In this document: positions 49,188 to 57,997 of the stretch, piece after piece
Layout of the letters: every line of letters starts with the position of its first letter
Position numbering within the stretch: position 1 is the first letter of the stretch
Assembly (NCBI GenBank): GCA_029856125.1
Contig: JAHQWJ010000141.1
Location: 1-64,000 of the forward strand
DNA length: 64,000 nucleotides
Source: Promethearchaeia archaeon
Lineage (GTDB): Archaea > Asgardarchaeota > Lokiarchaeia > Sigyniarchaeales > SOKP01
Direction: 5' to 3'
Translations under genes and position numbers: made by a program
Notes under the pieces: generated by a model
The model's database searches: none
What the model was told of the DNA's origin: nothing
What the model saw: only the letters and a program-made list of their open reading frames with translations

Positions 49188-51368
49188 TTATTTTGGTCCT
49201 GGTTTTGAGAGTCTTTTTCTAAATTCTTGAATCATACCTTCCCATATAACCCTAGCCGTTTCACTATGCTCTTCCCATTCAATTAGAATTTCTTTATTTT
49301 TATCTTTCTCTATAATTTGAAATGTTGCTTTATAAGAGGAACCAGATGATATACTCAATAAATTCGGCTCTAATTCATCACAAATGGTTTCAATTCTTTG
49401 CCAATTGAAATGATCTCTAAATCCATTAAAGAAGTTTTCGACAAAAATTTTGATATAATTCTTTATATAAATAGTCTTCCATCTTTTAGGGTGGCAAATT
49501 ATAACATCTTTTATTTTTCTAATTTCTTGGTATGATTCTGTTTCACTTTCCATACCCTGTTTTACCGATTCTTGCTCACTATTCTTTCTGATGTATTTTA
49601 AAATTATATCTTTAGATTTTACATCTCCTATCTGTTCGGCTATTCTAAGTGCCTCATTGAATAGTTTTATGGCTTCTTGATAGTTTCCCTGAGATTGCCT
49701 TATTGTACCGATATTATGAAGACATAATAAATTCAAACTCTTATCTCCCAATTGTTCAGATATCTTTAGTGCTTCTTCATGTCGTTTCAAGGCTTCTGAA
49801 TAATTTCTTTGATTAGCATAAACTAGTCCACTATTGTTTAATATACTACTTTTAAAGCGTATATTACCTAATTGATCAGCAATCTTTAGCGCTTCTTCGT
49901 AATATTTCAAAGACTCAGAAAAACGCTCCTGTATTCGGTATATTGATCCAACATTATTAAGGTTTATTGCAGTTCCATTTAGGTTCCCATATTGTCTATG
50001 AATCTTAGCTGCTTCCTTATAAAGATTTATAGCTCCGGGGTAATCGTTTTTACTTACATAAACATCACCCATATTATTATAAATACTAGATATTAGTTTT
50101 AAACCTACGTCCCCTCCTAAATCTACAGCAATCTTTTTTGCCTCTTCAAATTTTTTTAAAGCATCTGTATATTTTCTTTGTTTATTAAAAATTTGTCCAG
50201 TATTATTGAGGATGATTGCTTTCCACATAGTATCTCCTGTATCATCAGCAACTTGCTTAAGCTTTTTGAGACACCTCAATGCATTATCATACATATCTTT
50301 ATCGATATAAATTTTATAGGGTATCTGATATTTTATTATGTCATTTACTTCCGGATAGATGCTATTAAGATAATCTTTAGGTTGTAAGGAAAAATTTTCT
50401 GAACTTAAGTCCGGTTTAGAATCTATTAATCCTTCTGCCATTTTCTTTGTATTTACATTTAAAAGGTATACATGATCCGCATTTTTCATTTGCCAAATTT
50501 CAAAAAGTATCTGAACAACTTTTCTTAAATTCAGGTCCAAATTGTTTAATGATTGAGGTGTGTGGTCATCAATCTCAAATATTTGCTCTTTTCCTATTTC
50601 AATGTCGTGCGAATAATTTATCCAAATCACATTTTGTATTTGTTTTAAAATTTTTAAGGTAGGTACAATATCAAAATCGTCGCTTCCAGAATAACCTATA
50701 ATAGCTAATGACCGTTCTTTTGTGATGTTCTCAAATAAAGGTTGTTTAAATGATTCTAGCTGAAATACATTTTCTCCTTCTTTGTTTGACCCGAATGCTT
50801 GAATTGTAGCAATTAACGAATCTTTTGTGTCTTTTTGTGTAATTATATTCTTAGGCGAGCCATGTACTTTATAAACAGTTTTTTTTCCTTGATTTAATTG
50901 TTCATATGGGTCAGCAAATACTTCAAAATCCTCTTTGGTTATTACTGGAATAATTTCCTCAATAGGAACTCCTGATTGATTTAATGCATATTCAATCAAA
51001 TGATCAAAATTAGTAGTCATCACAAAATGCCCTTTTTTTATCATTTCAGCTAAGAAAAAATGCTGGATATTTGGTTTATCGCATATACCGTAGTAATCAA
51101 TAAGCACAAGTTTTTCATCTAATGAGTCTCGAAAAATCTCAACTAGGGTTTCAAATCGCACTTCTCCCAATTTTATTAGCTCTAAAATACCTTCACTCTC
51201 TGATTTATCACATGCATGGTCAATAATGGCTTCCATCATCGCATAACCTGCGGGAAGGCAAGAGGGGCTATTAATAGAACATCCAGCACCTACTAGAAAA
51301 GTGAACTTCCCATTAGTATTAAAAATATCAGTTATCTTAAGATTTGTTAGCTCCATACTAATTCTCAA
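49188..51368 (-). CDS. SIR2-like (NADase-type) domain + TPR array + unknown C-terminal domain
   Basis: FLVGAGCS, MTTNFD, YKVHGS, IGYSGSDDFD; about six repeats of the LNNxG..Y..Q..Y.EAL..YEEALKI...LG type. Confidence 0.9.
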   Translation of the reverse strand: MRISMELTNLKITDIFNTNGKFTFLVGAGCSINSPSCLPAGYAMMEAIIDHACDKSESEGILELIKLGEVRFETLVEIFRDSLDEKLVLIDYYGICDKPNIQHFFLAEMIKKGHFVMTTNFDHLIEYALNQSGVPIEEIIPVITKEDFEVFADPYEQLNQGKKTVYKVHGSPKNIITQKDTKDSLIATIQAFGSNKEGENVFQLESFKQPLFENITKERSLAIIGYSGSDDFDIVPTLKILKQIQNVIWINYSHDIEIGKEQIFEIDDHTPQSLNNLDLNLRKVVQILFEIWQMKNADHVYLLNVNTKKMAEGLIDSKPDLSSENFSLQPKDYLNSIYPEVNDIIKYQIPYKIYIDKDMYDNALRCLKKLKQVADDTGDTMWKAIILNNTGQIFNKQRKYTDALKKFEEAKKIAVDLGGDVGLKLISSIYNNMGDVYVSKNDYPGAINLYKEAAKIHRQYGNLNGTAINLNNVGSIYRIQERFSESLKYYEEALKIADQLGNIRFKSSILNNSGLVYANQRNYSEALKRHEEALKISEQLGDKSLNLLCLHNIGTIRQSQGNYQEAIKLFNEALRIAEQIGDVKSKDIILKYIRKNSEQESVKQGMESETESYQEIRKIKDVIICHPKRWKTIYIKNYIKIFVENFFNGFRDHFNWQRIETICDELEPNLLSISSGSSYKATFQIIEKDKNKEILIEWEEHSETARVIWEGMIQEFRKRLSKPGPK

Positions 51369-51543
51369 TATATGATATTTTTGACTAATTTTATATTTCC
51401 CGCATTTACCGGATCACATTTTTAGAATAACTGAAAAATTAGGATATAGCAAGATACATATATTAGCAATCTATCCATGATAACCTTTTCAGGATCTATT
51501 TGTTAGATGCTATGTTAGAAGGAATATTTGATATTCAGATTTT

Positions 51544-51672
51544 TTAGTCTATATCAATAGATTTTCCTTTATCTTTAATCTTTTTCAACCTAACTTCTAG
51601 AATCCCATTAGTGTAGCGCGCTTTTGCGTAATCTTGATTAATTGCCGCTGGTAAATCGATTTCTTTAAAATA
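51544..51672 (-). pseudogene. Displaced 3' end of hsp20 (42 codons plus stop)
   Basis: YFKEIDLPAAINQDYAKARYTNGILEVRLKKIKDKGKSIDID* versus ...LPAEINQ...SIDIE* at 57133-57261; downstream UTR similarity extends to about 51480. Confidence 0.92.
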
Positions 51673-51688
51673 GACTAGAATGACACGA

Positions 51689-51840
51689 CTCACAGAAAAA
51701 GCAATTTTAAAGCTAGTGCGTTAATTAACATAAAATCAAAAGGATGAGAATGATATTATGTAAGAGGATTTATTTCATATATCAACTACATTATAGTTTT
51801 TGTTTTTATTGTAAAAAACATTAATTGAATTGAAGAGCTC
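51689..51840 (-). repeat. Interrupted duplicate of the 3' end of gene 52495..53112
   Basis: 51689-51712 = 52494-52517 (24 nt exact) and 51827-51840 = 52517-52530 (14 nt exact), separated by about 114 nt. Confidence 0.78.
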
Positions 51841-52043
51841 TTCGTGTTTCACGAAGACAAAATATAATTAAGCTACCCCAAAATTTGATCAACAATTAAA
51901 CATGATGATAGAAACTTTCCTTCTAAAGGATATTCTCATTAAAAAAACAACAAACAATAAAAAAGAAATAAAAAAAATCATTACTCGATAAGTTAGAAAA
52001 TAAGTTTTTGGTTGTAACCAAAACTTAGAAAAAATAAAATTAA

Positions 52044-52184
52044 TTATCTTCTATGCTTTTTATAACAATCTCGACAATAAACAGGTCTGCCTTCCTTAGG
52101 CTCAAATGGAACTTCGCACTCGTTTCCGCAGTCGGCACATGTAGCTTTGTGCATCGTTCTATCGCCATAATTTCTATTAGACAT
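52044..52184 (-). CDS. CxxC-x17-CxxC zinc-ribbon protein (46 aa)
   Basis: Missed by ORF track: MSNRNYGDRTMHKATCADCGNECEVPFEPKEGRPVYCRDCYKKHRR; GGTGA upstream of the ATG. Confidence 0.9.
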   Translation of the reverse strand: MSNRNYGDRTMHKATCADCGNECEVPFEPKEGRPVYCRDCYKKHRR

Positions 52185-52494
52185 TTACTTTCACCAAATT
52201 TTAATCTTATACTTGAAACTATAAATATCTCTGTTCAAGCATGTAATGTATATTTTTAAAATTGATAAACCTTGGTATTATGAAAAATGCACTTCAAAAT
52301 TCCGTCAGTAAATATCTTGGTTATTCTTAGTATAAGAGGGTTAAATTGAGGTATTTTAAGAGAAAAAAGTGAATCGGTTAAAATTATAGGGAGATTGGGC
52401 TTTTTTCCTATGTGTTATATTATGTTTATTATACTTTCCTAGGTATAAATTTCTACTTATTTTTGCGAATATTCTAAATAAATTCTTGAAATGC

Positions 52495-53112
52495 TCACAG
52501 AAAAAGCAATTTTAAAGAATTGAAGAGCTCACCCATGTTTTTTTGTTCTCGTTTACATAATTGTCTTTCCTTTGGTGCTTGCCAATTTATTACATATTTT
52601 CTCCAATCAGAATCATTTAAAATTTTGGAATGAATTCCAAAAAATATAAGAATTTCTTTATCATTTACATGACCATTTTCGTTTTCGACAATCAAGTGAG
52701 GGATTTCATGCAAATATGACCTTCCAGCAATCATATAAGAAAGTAGAGAATGGTGTCCGTCAAATAAGACCCATTCCGAATACTTTGTCTTTACAAATTT
52801 AATATTTGGTAATCCACATGAAGACAGGATTTCTTTTCCAGATTTTATTTGTTTAACCATAGTTCTTATCTGGTCTTTGCTTTTAATGCCATTAATATTA
52901 TGCAGGTTTATAATTTCTCTCAATAACACTAGTTTTTTAACTTCTACAATCGTCTTTTTTATTTTTGAACCGATTTCATTTTTAAACTGATCTACAGTAT
53001 CATAAATTGAATTGCTTTTATTTTTTAAATGAACTTTTAAGGATGAAATGCGAGTTAAATTTCCATCTTTAGACTTAACCGGATATATTAGTTTTACGAA
53101 TCTATAATTCAT
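52495..53112 (-). CDS. Hypothetical protein with ParB/sulfiredoxin-like motif
   Basis: PNIKFV...WVLFDGHHSL. Confidence 0.6.
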   Translation of the reverse strand: MNYRFVKLIYPVKSKDGNLTRISSLKVHLKNKSNSIYDTVDQFKNEIGSKIKKTIVEVKKLVLLREIINLHNINGIKSKDQIRTMVKQIKSGKEILSSCGLPNIKFVKTKYSEWVLFDGHHSLLSYMIAGRSYLHEIPHLIVENENGHVNDKEILIFFGIHSKILNDSDWRKYVINWQAPKERQLCKREQKNMGELFNSLKLLFL

Positions 53113-53339
53113 CTGTATTAAAAATATTTAGATTAGTTTATAAAGCTTTTATGAGTGTTTTAATTAAAAATTACGTCTTTCATTAATATTTGGTAAAAAG
53201 TTAATTTTATGATTCGATATAATTAGCTATTCTTTAATATATTATTAAGAAACACCCTCTCCGTAATAATCAAGAATTTTATTTTCTATCCATGATTTAA
53301 TAAGAGAATTTTTATAGGAAAGAGATTGTTAACCTAATC

Positions 53340-54554
53340 ATGGTAATAGTACGAAGAGAAGGAGTCCTCCTAGAACCAACTGAGAACGAGTTTGAAAATC
53401 AAGCTGTCTTAAATCCTACGGTGATTCAACAAGGAGATACATTACATTTATTCTATCGCGCTGTTAAAGAAGGAAATTATTCAAGTATTGGTTATTGTAA
53501 ATTGGAAGGACCTTTGAATATTGTAGAAAGGAAAAATAGTCCTATTTTGTTTCCTGAATATGATTATGAAATACATGGTACAGAAGATCCTAGAATTGTA
53601 TTTCTTGAAGGTATCTACTATATGTTTTACACGGCCTATGATGGAAGAAATGCGTTAATAGCATACGCAACTAGTAAAGACCTAAAAACATGGGAAAAGC
53701 ATGGAATAATTTCGGCTCAAATGAAATACGATGAAGCAGGGGATTTTTTCCGCTTATCAAAACTTAAAGAAAAGTATCATTTCTTTGTTTCATATTATAA
53801 GGATGTGGTTAGTGAAGATGTACTCTTATGGGAAAAAGATTCATTCATTTTACCAAAAAAATATAATAATAAGTTTGCACTGTTCCATAGAGTATTACCA
53901 GATATTCAAATTGTTTGTTTCGATGATTTTAAAGATTTAACAACCGATTTCTGGAAGGATCATCTAAAAACATTAGGTGATCATGTTGTAATAGAGCCAA
54001 AATTTGGATATGAATCAAGAAATATCGGTGCCGGAGCACCATTAATAGAAACTGAAAGAGGTTGGCTCATGTTATATCATTCTGTAGAGGATTCTAATAA
54101 AGGTAAGGTGTATCACGCAAGTGTCGCCCTCCTTGATAAACAAAATCCGTTTAAGGTAATAGGACGACTTAAAGAACCTCTTTTTTCGCCAACCGAAGAT
54201 TATGAAAAAGTTGGAGATGTAAATAATGTTGTTTTCCCTACAGGTACTGCAATATTTGGAGAAAGGCTTTATATTTATTATGGTGCCGCCGATAAAAGAA
54301 TAGCCGTAGTATCGGTAAATCTGCATAAACTTATTCACGAACTCTTGGGGTCTGATTTAGAGGTTGGAATTGGTTTTTTAGCAGGGCAGATCTTTAATCT
54401 TACAATTAAAGAAGAAAAAAGCGTAACCCAACTTATGAATTTAATGGACCAAAAAGAGTATCTTATATTGATGGCAATTGGCTGGTTAACAAGGGAAGAC
54501 AAGGTTCTGTGTAGAATTGATTCAGATGAATTAATCGTTAGATCTATAAGGTAA
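53340..54554 (+). CDS. GH130 family glycosidase/mannoside phosphorylase with C-terminal winged-helix (DUF2582-like) domain
   Basis: VLNP, FYRA, GTEDPRI, YTAYDG, EKDS, FHR, LYH, NVVFPTG, YYGAAD; C-terminal IGFLAGQIF...MAIGWLTREDKV. Confidence 0.88.
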   Translation: MVIVRREGVLLEPTENEFENQAVLNPTVIQQGDTLHLFYRAVKEGNYSSIGYCKLEGPLNIVERKNSPILFPEYDYEIHGTEDPRIVFLEGIYYMFYTAYDGRNALIAYATSKDLKTWEKHGIISAQMKYDEAGDFFRLSKLKEKYHFFVSYYKDVVSEDVLLWEKDSFILPKKYNNKFALFHRVLPDIQIVCFDDFKDLTTDFWKDHLKTLGDHVVIEPKFGYESRNIGAGAPLIETERGWLMLYHSVEDSNKGKVYHASVALLDKQNPFKVIGRLKEPLFSPTEDYEKVGDVNNVVFPTGTAIFGERLYIYYGAADKRIAVVSVNLHKLIHELLGSDLEVGIGFLAGQIFNLTIKEEKSVTQLMNLMDQKEYLILMAIGWLTREDKVLCRIDSDELIVRSIR

Positions 54555-54854
54555 CTATTAATAAAAAAATCATTTCAATTATCGAAGATCTTAAATTTTT
54601 TAATGTTTTTGTCTTTTTTTAAAATTAATTTATCGAATTTTATATTGTGGAACTAATTTTCGGGGGTTTTAAAGATCAGACATTTAATGTCATTATAATC
54701 AAAAAAACTGAACCTTATCCAGTAAAATTAGGGATAAATAACATCTAAAAATTTAAAAGTGGGAAGATTATAATATAATTACTTTATTTCTAATGAAAAA
54801 AAGCAAATCCTATTTTTTTTGCTAAATATATTCATTTTTAAAGAGAGTTTTAGA

Positions 54855-57056
54855 ATGGAACCTAATTGGATCCTTTATGTGGCCACATTTCCTCCGAGAG
54901 AGTGCGGCATTGCTACATTTACAAAGGATTTAATAATAGCAATGGATAAAAAATTTTCTCCGAAAATAAAATCTAAAATACTCGTCATGAATAATAGTGG
55001 CACAAATATTTACAAAAATAATGAAGATGTTTTATTTGACATTGCCGAGACTGACATCTCAGCATATAAAAAAGCTGCTGAAAGAGTAAATGAAATAGAT
55101 GCTATAAAGCTTATAAATATACAACATGAATTTGGGATTTTTGGGGGAGAATACGGAAATTATTTAATAAAATTTCTAGATATTGTGAAAAAACCAATCA
55201 TCATATCCTTCCATACAGTCATCCCAAATCCAGAGGATAAATTAAAGAAAATCGTAAGACAACTAGCTAAAAAATCTTTCTGTTTAGTCGTAATGACTAA
55301 AAGTGGGATTGATATTTTAAGAAAAGATTATAACATTAAAACAAAGATATTTGTTATACCTCATGGAACGCCAACCGCATCATTTGATGGGAGTATGAAA
55401 GAAAAATCAGCGATAGGTATTAGTGATAAAATTGTATTATCGTCGTTTGGCCTTATTAATCCCGGGAAAGGCTATGAATATGTAATTGAGTCGTTAAGTG
55501 AGGTTGTTAAAAAATATCCTACTATTTTATATTTAATAATTGGCGAAACACATCCCGTAGTAAGGAAAAACGAAGGAGAAAAGTATAGAACTTTTCTCGA
55601 GGGAAAAGTGAAAGAGTATTGCCTTGAAAACCATGTAAAATTCTATAATAGGTACATGAAGCTAGAAGAAATAGTAAAATTTCTACTAGCAACAGATATC
55701 TATATTTCTTCATCTCTGGATCCTAATCAGATTGTTAGTGGCACTTTAGCATACGCAGTAGCCTGCGGTAGAGCGATTATCTCTACTCCCTTCCTTTATG
55801 CTAAAGATATTATTGCGCCTGAAAGAGGTCTTTTAGTAAAGTTCAGAGATCCTAATTCATATACTAATGCTCTAATAAAAATATTATCAAATCCCCTCTT
55901 AAAAGAAGAAATGGAAAGAAATAATTATTCATTTTCCAGGTGCATGATCTGGCCAAATGTAGCAATATCGACTTATAACATTTTCAAGCGAGTTATTCCT
56001 GATTTTGAAAAATGTGAAATGTCATATCCAGAAATCAAGTTTGATCATATCAAGAATCTTACGGATGATTTTGGTATAATCCAATTTGCAAATTATGCAA
56101 AACCAGATAAATCATCTGGATATACTCTAGATGACAATGCTCGAGCATTGTTAGTTAGTACGCTATATTATAAGTTATTTAAAGATAATACAATATTGAA
56201 ATTGATGAGAATTTATCTGAATTTCATTAAGTATGTCCAAACAAATGAAAACAAGTTGTACAATTTTGTTAATTACAATAAGGTTATAAATCTTGAAGAT
56301 TGGAGTGAGGACGCCCATGGAAGAGCAATGATGGCTCTTGGTCATTTAATTGCTACAACAAATATTCCAATGGAATTAAGAGTAGAAGCAGAACTGATTT
56401 TTGAAAATGCAAAAAAAGCTGTAGACAAGATTAGATCTCCAAGAGCAATTTCTTTTATTTTGATAGGACTCTATTTCTATAACGTAATAAAAAATTCTGA
56501 AGTCATTATAATTAAAAAATTAGCCGATTATCTAGCCCAGCTCTATAAGGATTGTAATAGTGAGAAATGGAACTGGTTCGAAAATTATCTTACTTATTCA
56601 AATAGTAAATTGCCTGAGGCTCTTTTTTTTTGCTATAAAACAACTAAAAATAACAAATATTTAATAATTGCCAAAGAATCTTTAGACTTTCTTATTTCTA
56701 TTTTGTTTAAAGACGGAAAATTTGCTCCTATTGGTCAGAACGGATGGTATCATAAAAATGGCCATAATGCTAGTCATGACCAACAGCCAGTTGATGCTGC
56801 TTCAATGGTACAAACATTGATCGTTGCATATGATACCACTAAAGAGAATAGGTATATGAAACTTGCAATCGAAGCATTTAATTGGTTCCTTGGAAAAAAT
56901 TCTCTGAATCAAGAAGTTTATAACAATTTAACGGGTGGTTGCCACGATGGTATTGGAGAGTATTCTCTAAACATGAATCAAGGGGCTGAATCATCAATTT
57001 CTTATTTGCTTGCTAGACTTTCACTTCAAAAATCAAAAGCTTCTATTGCTTTTTAG
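54855..57056 (+). CDS. GT4 glycosyltransferase fused to a C-terminal (alpha/alpha)6 glycosidase-like domain
   Basis: PPRECGIATF, IQHEFGIFGG, IPHG, FGLINPGKG, SGTLAYA; C-half GYTLDDNARAL, WFE..LTYSN, DQQPVD, NQGAES. Start set at M13 of the listed ORF. Confidence 0.9.
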   Translation: MEPNWILYVATFPPRECGIATFTKDLIIAMDKKFSPKIKSKILVMNNSGTNIYKNNEDVLFDIAETDISAYKKAAERVNEIDAIKLINIQHEFGIFGGEYGNYLIKFLDIVKKPIIISFHTVIPNPEDKLKKIVRQLAKKSFCLVVMTKSGIDILRKDYNIKTKIFVIPHGTPTASFDGSMKEKSAIGISDKIVLSSFGLINPGKGYEYVIESLSEVVKKYPTILYLIIGETHPVVRKNEGEKYRTFLEGKVKEYCLENHVKFYNRYMKLEEIVKFLLATDIYISSSLDPNQIVSGTLAYAVACGRAIISTPFLYAKDIIAPERGLLVKFRDPNSYTNALIKILSNPLLKEEMERNNYSFSRCMIWPNVAISTYNIFKRVIPDFEKCEMSYPEIKFDHIKNLTDDFGIIQFANYAKPDKSSGYTLDDNARALLVSTLYYKLFKDNTILKLMRIYLNFIKYVQTNENKLYNFVNYNKVINLEDWSEDAHGRAMMALGHLIATTNIPMELRVEAELIFENAKKAVDKIRSPRAISFILIGLYFYNVIKNSEVIIIKKLADYLAQLYKDCNSEKWNWFENYLTYSNSKLPEALFFCYKTTKNNKYLIIAKESLDFLISILFKDGKFAPIGQNGWYHKNGHNASHDQQPVDAASMVQTLIVAYDTTKENRYMKLAIEAFNWFLGKNSLNQEVYNNLTGGCHDGIGEYSLNMNQGAESSISYLLARLSLQKSKASIAF

Positions 57057-57132
57057 TATTTATGAACAATAACCGTTTCACGATCTACTTGTTATCATCT
57101 AGGAAGAAAGAAGAAAATTTGAAATACAGATT

Positions 57133-57795
57133 TTACTCAATATCAATAGATTTGCCTTTATCTTTAATCTTCTTCAACCGAACTTCTAGAATCCCATTTG
57201 TATACCGCGCTTTTGCGTAATCCTGGTTAATTTCCGCTGGTAAATCGATTTCTTTAAAATAACTTCTCCCAAAAACAATTTTTTGCGTAGAAATCGTAAT
57301 AGATCTACCAGTAGCATTCAGTTCGATGTCTTCTTTGTTAACACCTGGCATTTCAGCAATGACAATAATGTGATCCTCTTCTTCGTTAACTTCTACTAAC
57401 GGTTCCCTAGTCTTCCTTACTTTCGTTTCACCAGATATTGGTTCTTTTTCTATGTTCCCAAATGAACCCATGCTTGGTTTTCCATCAGGTCCAATTCCAA
57501 AATTGAATCCGTATACAAAAGGCCCTTTTTTACCAAACTTAGACTGATTTTTCATGAATTCTTTAGTAAAATCTTCTGGTGAAAGTCCCTGTAGATCTTT
57601 AGGGAGAGATTTAGAAATTTGGGCGAAAATTTCTTTAAACATCTTCTGAAACTCTTTTGAATTGAATAGCTTAGCAGGATCTAGATTTTTAAATAGTTTA
57701 GGATCGCCAAAACCTTTGAATGCATCGAAGAAATTTATAGGTTCATCTTCATTATCTTTCTCGTCTTCATCATCATACTCGTCTTTTCCCGACAT
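57133..57795 (-). CDS. hsp20: Small heat-shock protein (archaeal Hsp20)
   Basis: GPFVYGF..IGPDGKP..FGN, REPLVEV, AEMPGV.KEDI, AKARYTNGILEV. Confidence 0.95.
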   Translation of the reverse strand: MSGKDEYDDEDEKDNEDEPINFFDAFKGFGDPKLFKNLDPAKLFNSKEFQKMFKEIFAQISKSLPKDLQGLSPEDFTKEFMKNQSKFGKKGPFVYGFNFGIGPDGKPSMGSFGNIEKEPISGETKVRKTREPLVEVNEEEDHIIVIAEMPGVNKEDIELNATGRSITISTQKIVFGRSYFKEIDLPAEINQDYAKARYTNGILEVRLKKIKDKGKSIDIE

Positions 57796-57997
57796 TTTAT
57801 CACTTCCTTGTAAAATATACCTAGATATTAATTACAATTAAATTTTTAAATATAAATTTAAATATGTATACTAAAGCTAAATATATAATAGCTTTTATTC
57901 TAGAAAAAATTGTTTAGTTTAATAAACTTATTCCAATTAAAAAGTTTGTAATCTAAAATCAAAACAAATTAAAAACAATACAGTAGAGGGAACTTAT

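Larger units (their letters stand above)
51673..57261. mobile_element. ~5.6 kb island inserted in the hsp20 3' region
   Basis: Bounded by diverged direct repeats with an exact 28-bp core CCGCTGGTAAATCGATTTCTTTAAAATA (51645-51672 and 57234-57261); no integrase recognised. Confidence 0.72.

Noticed and set aside
52053-52259. 68-aa plus-strand ORF
   Set aside because: Shadow of the minus-strand CxxC-x17-CxxC gene 52044..52184.
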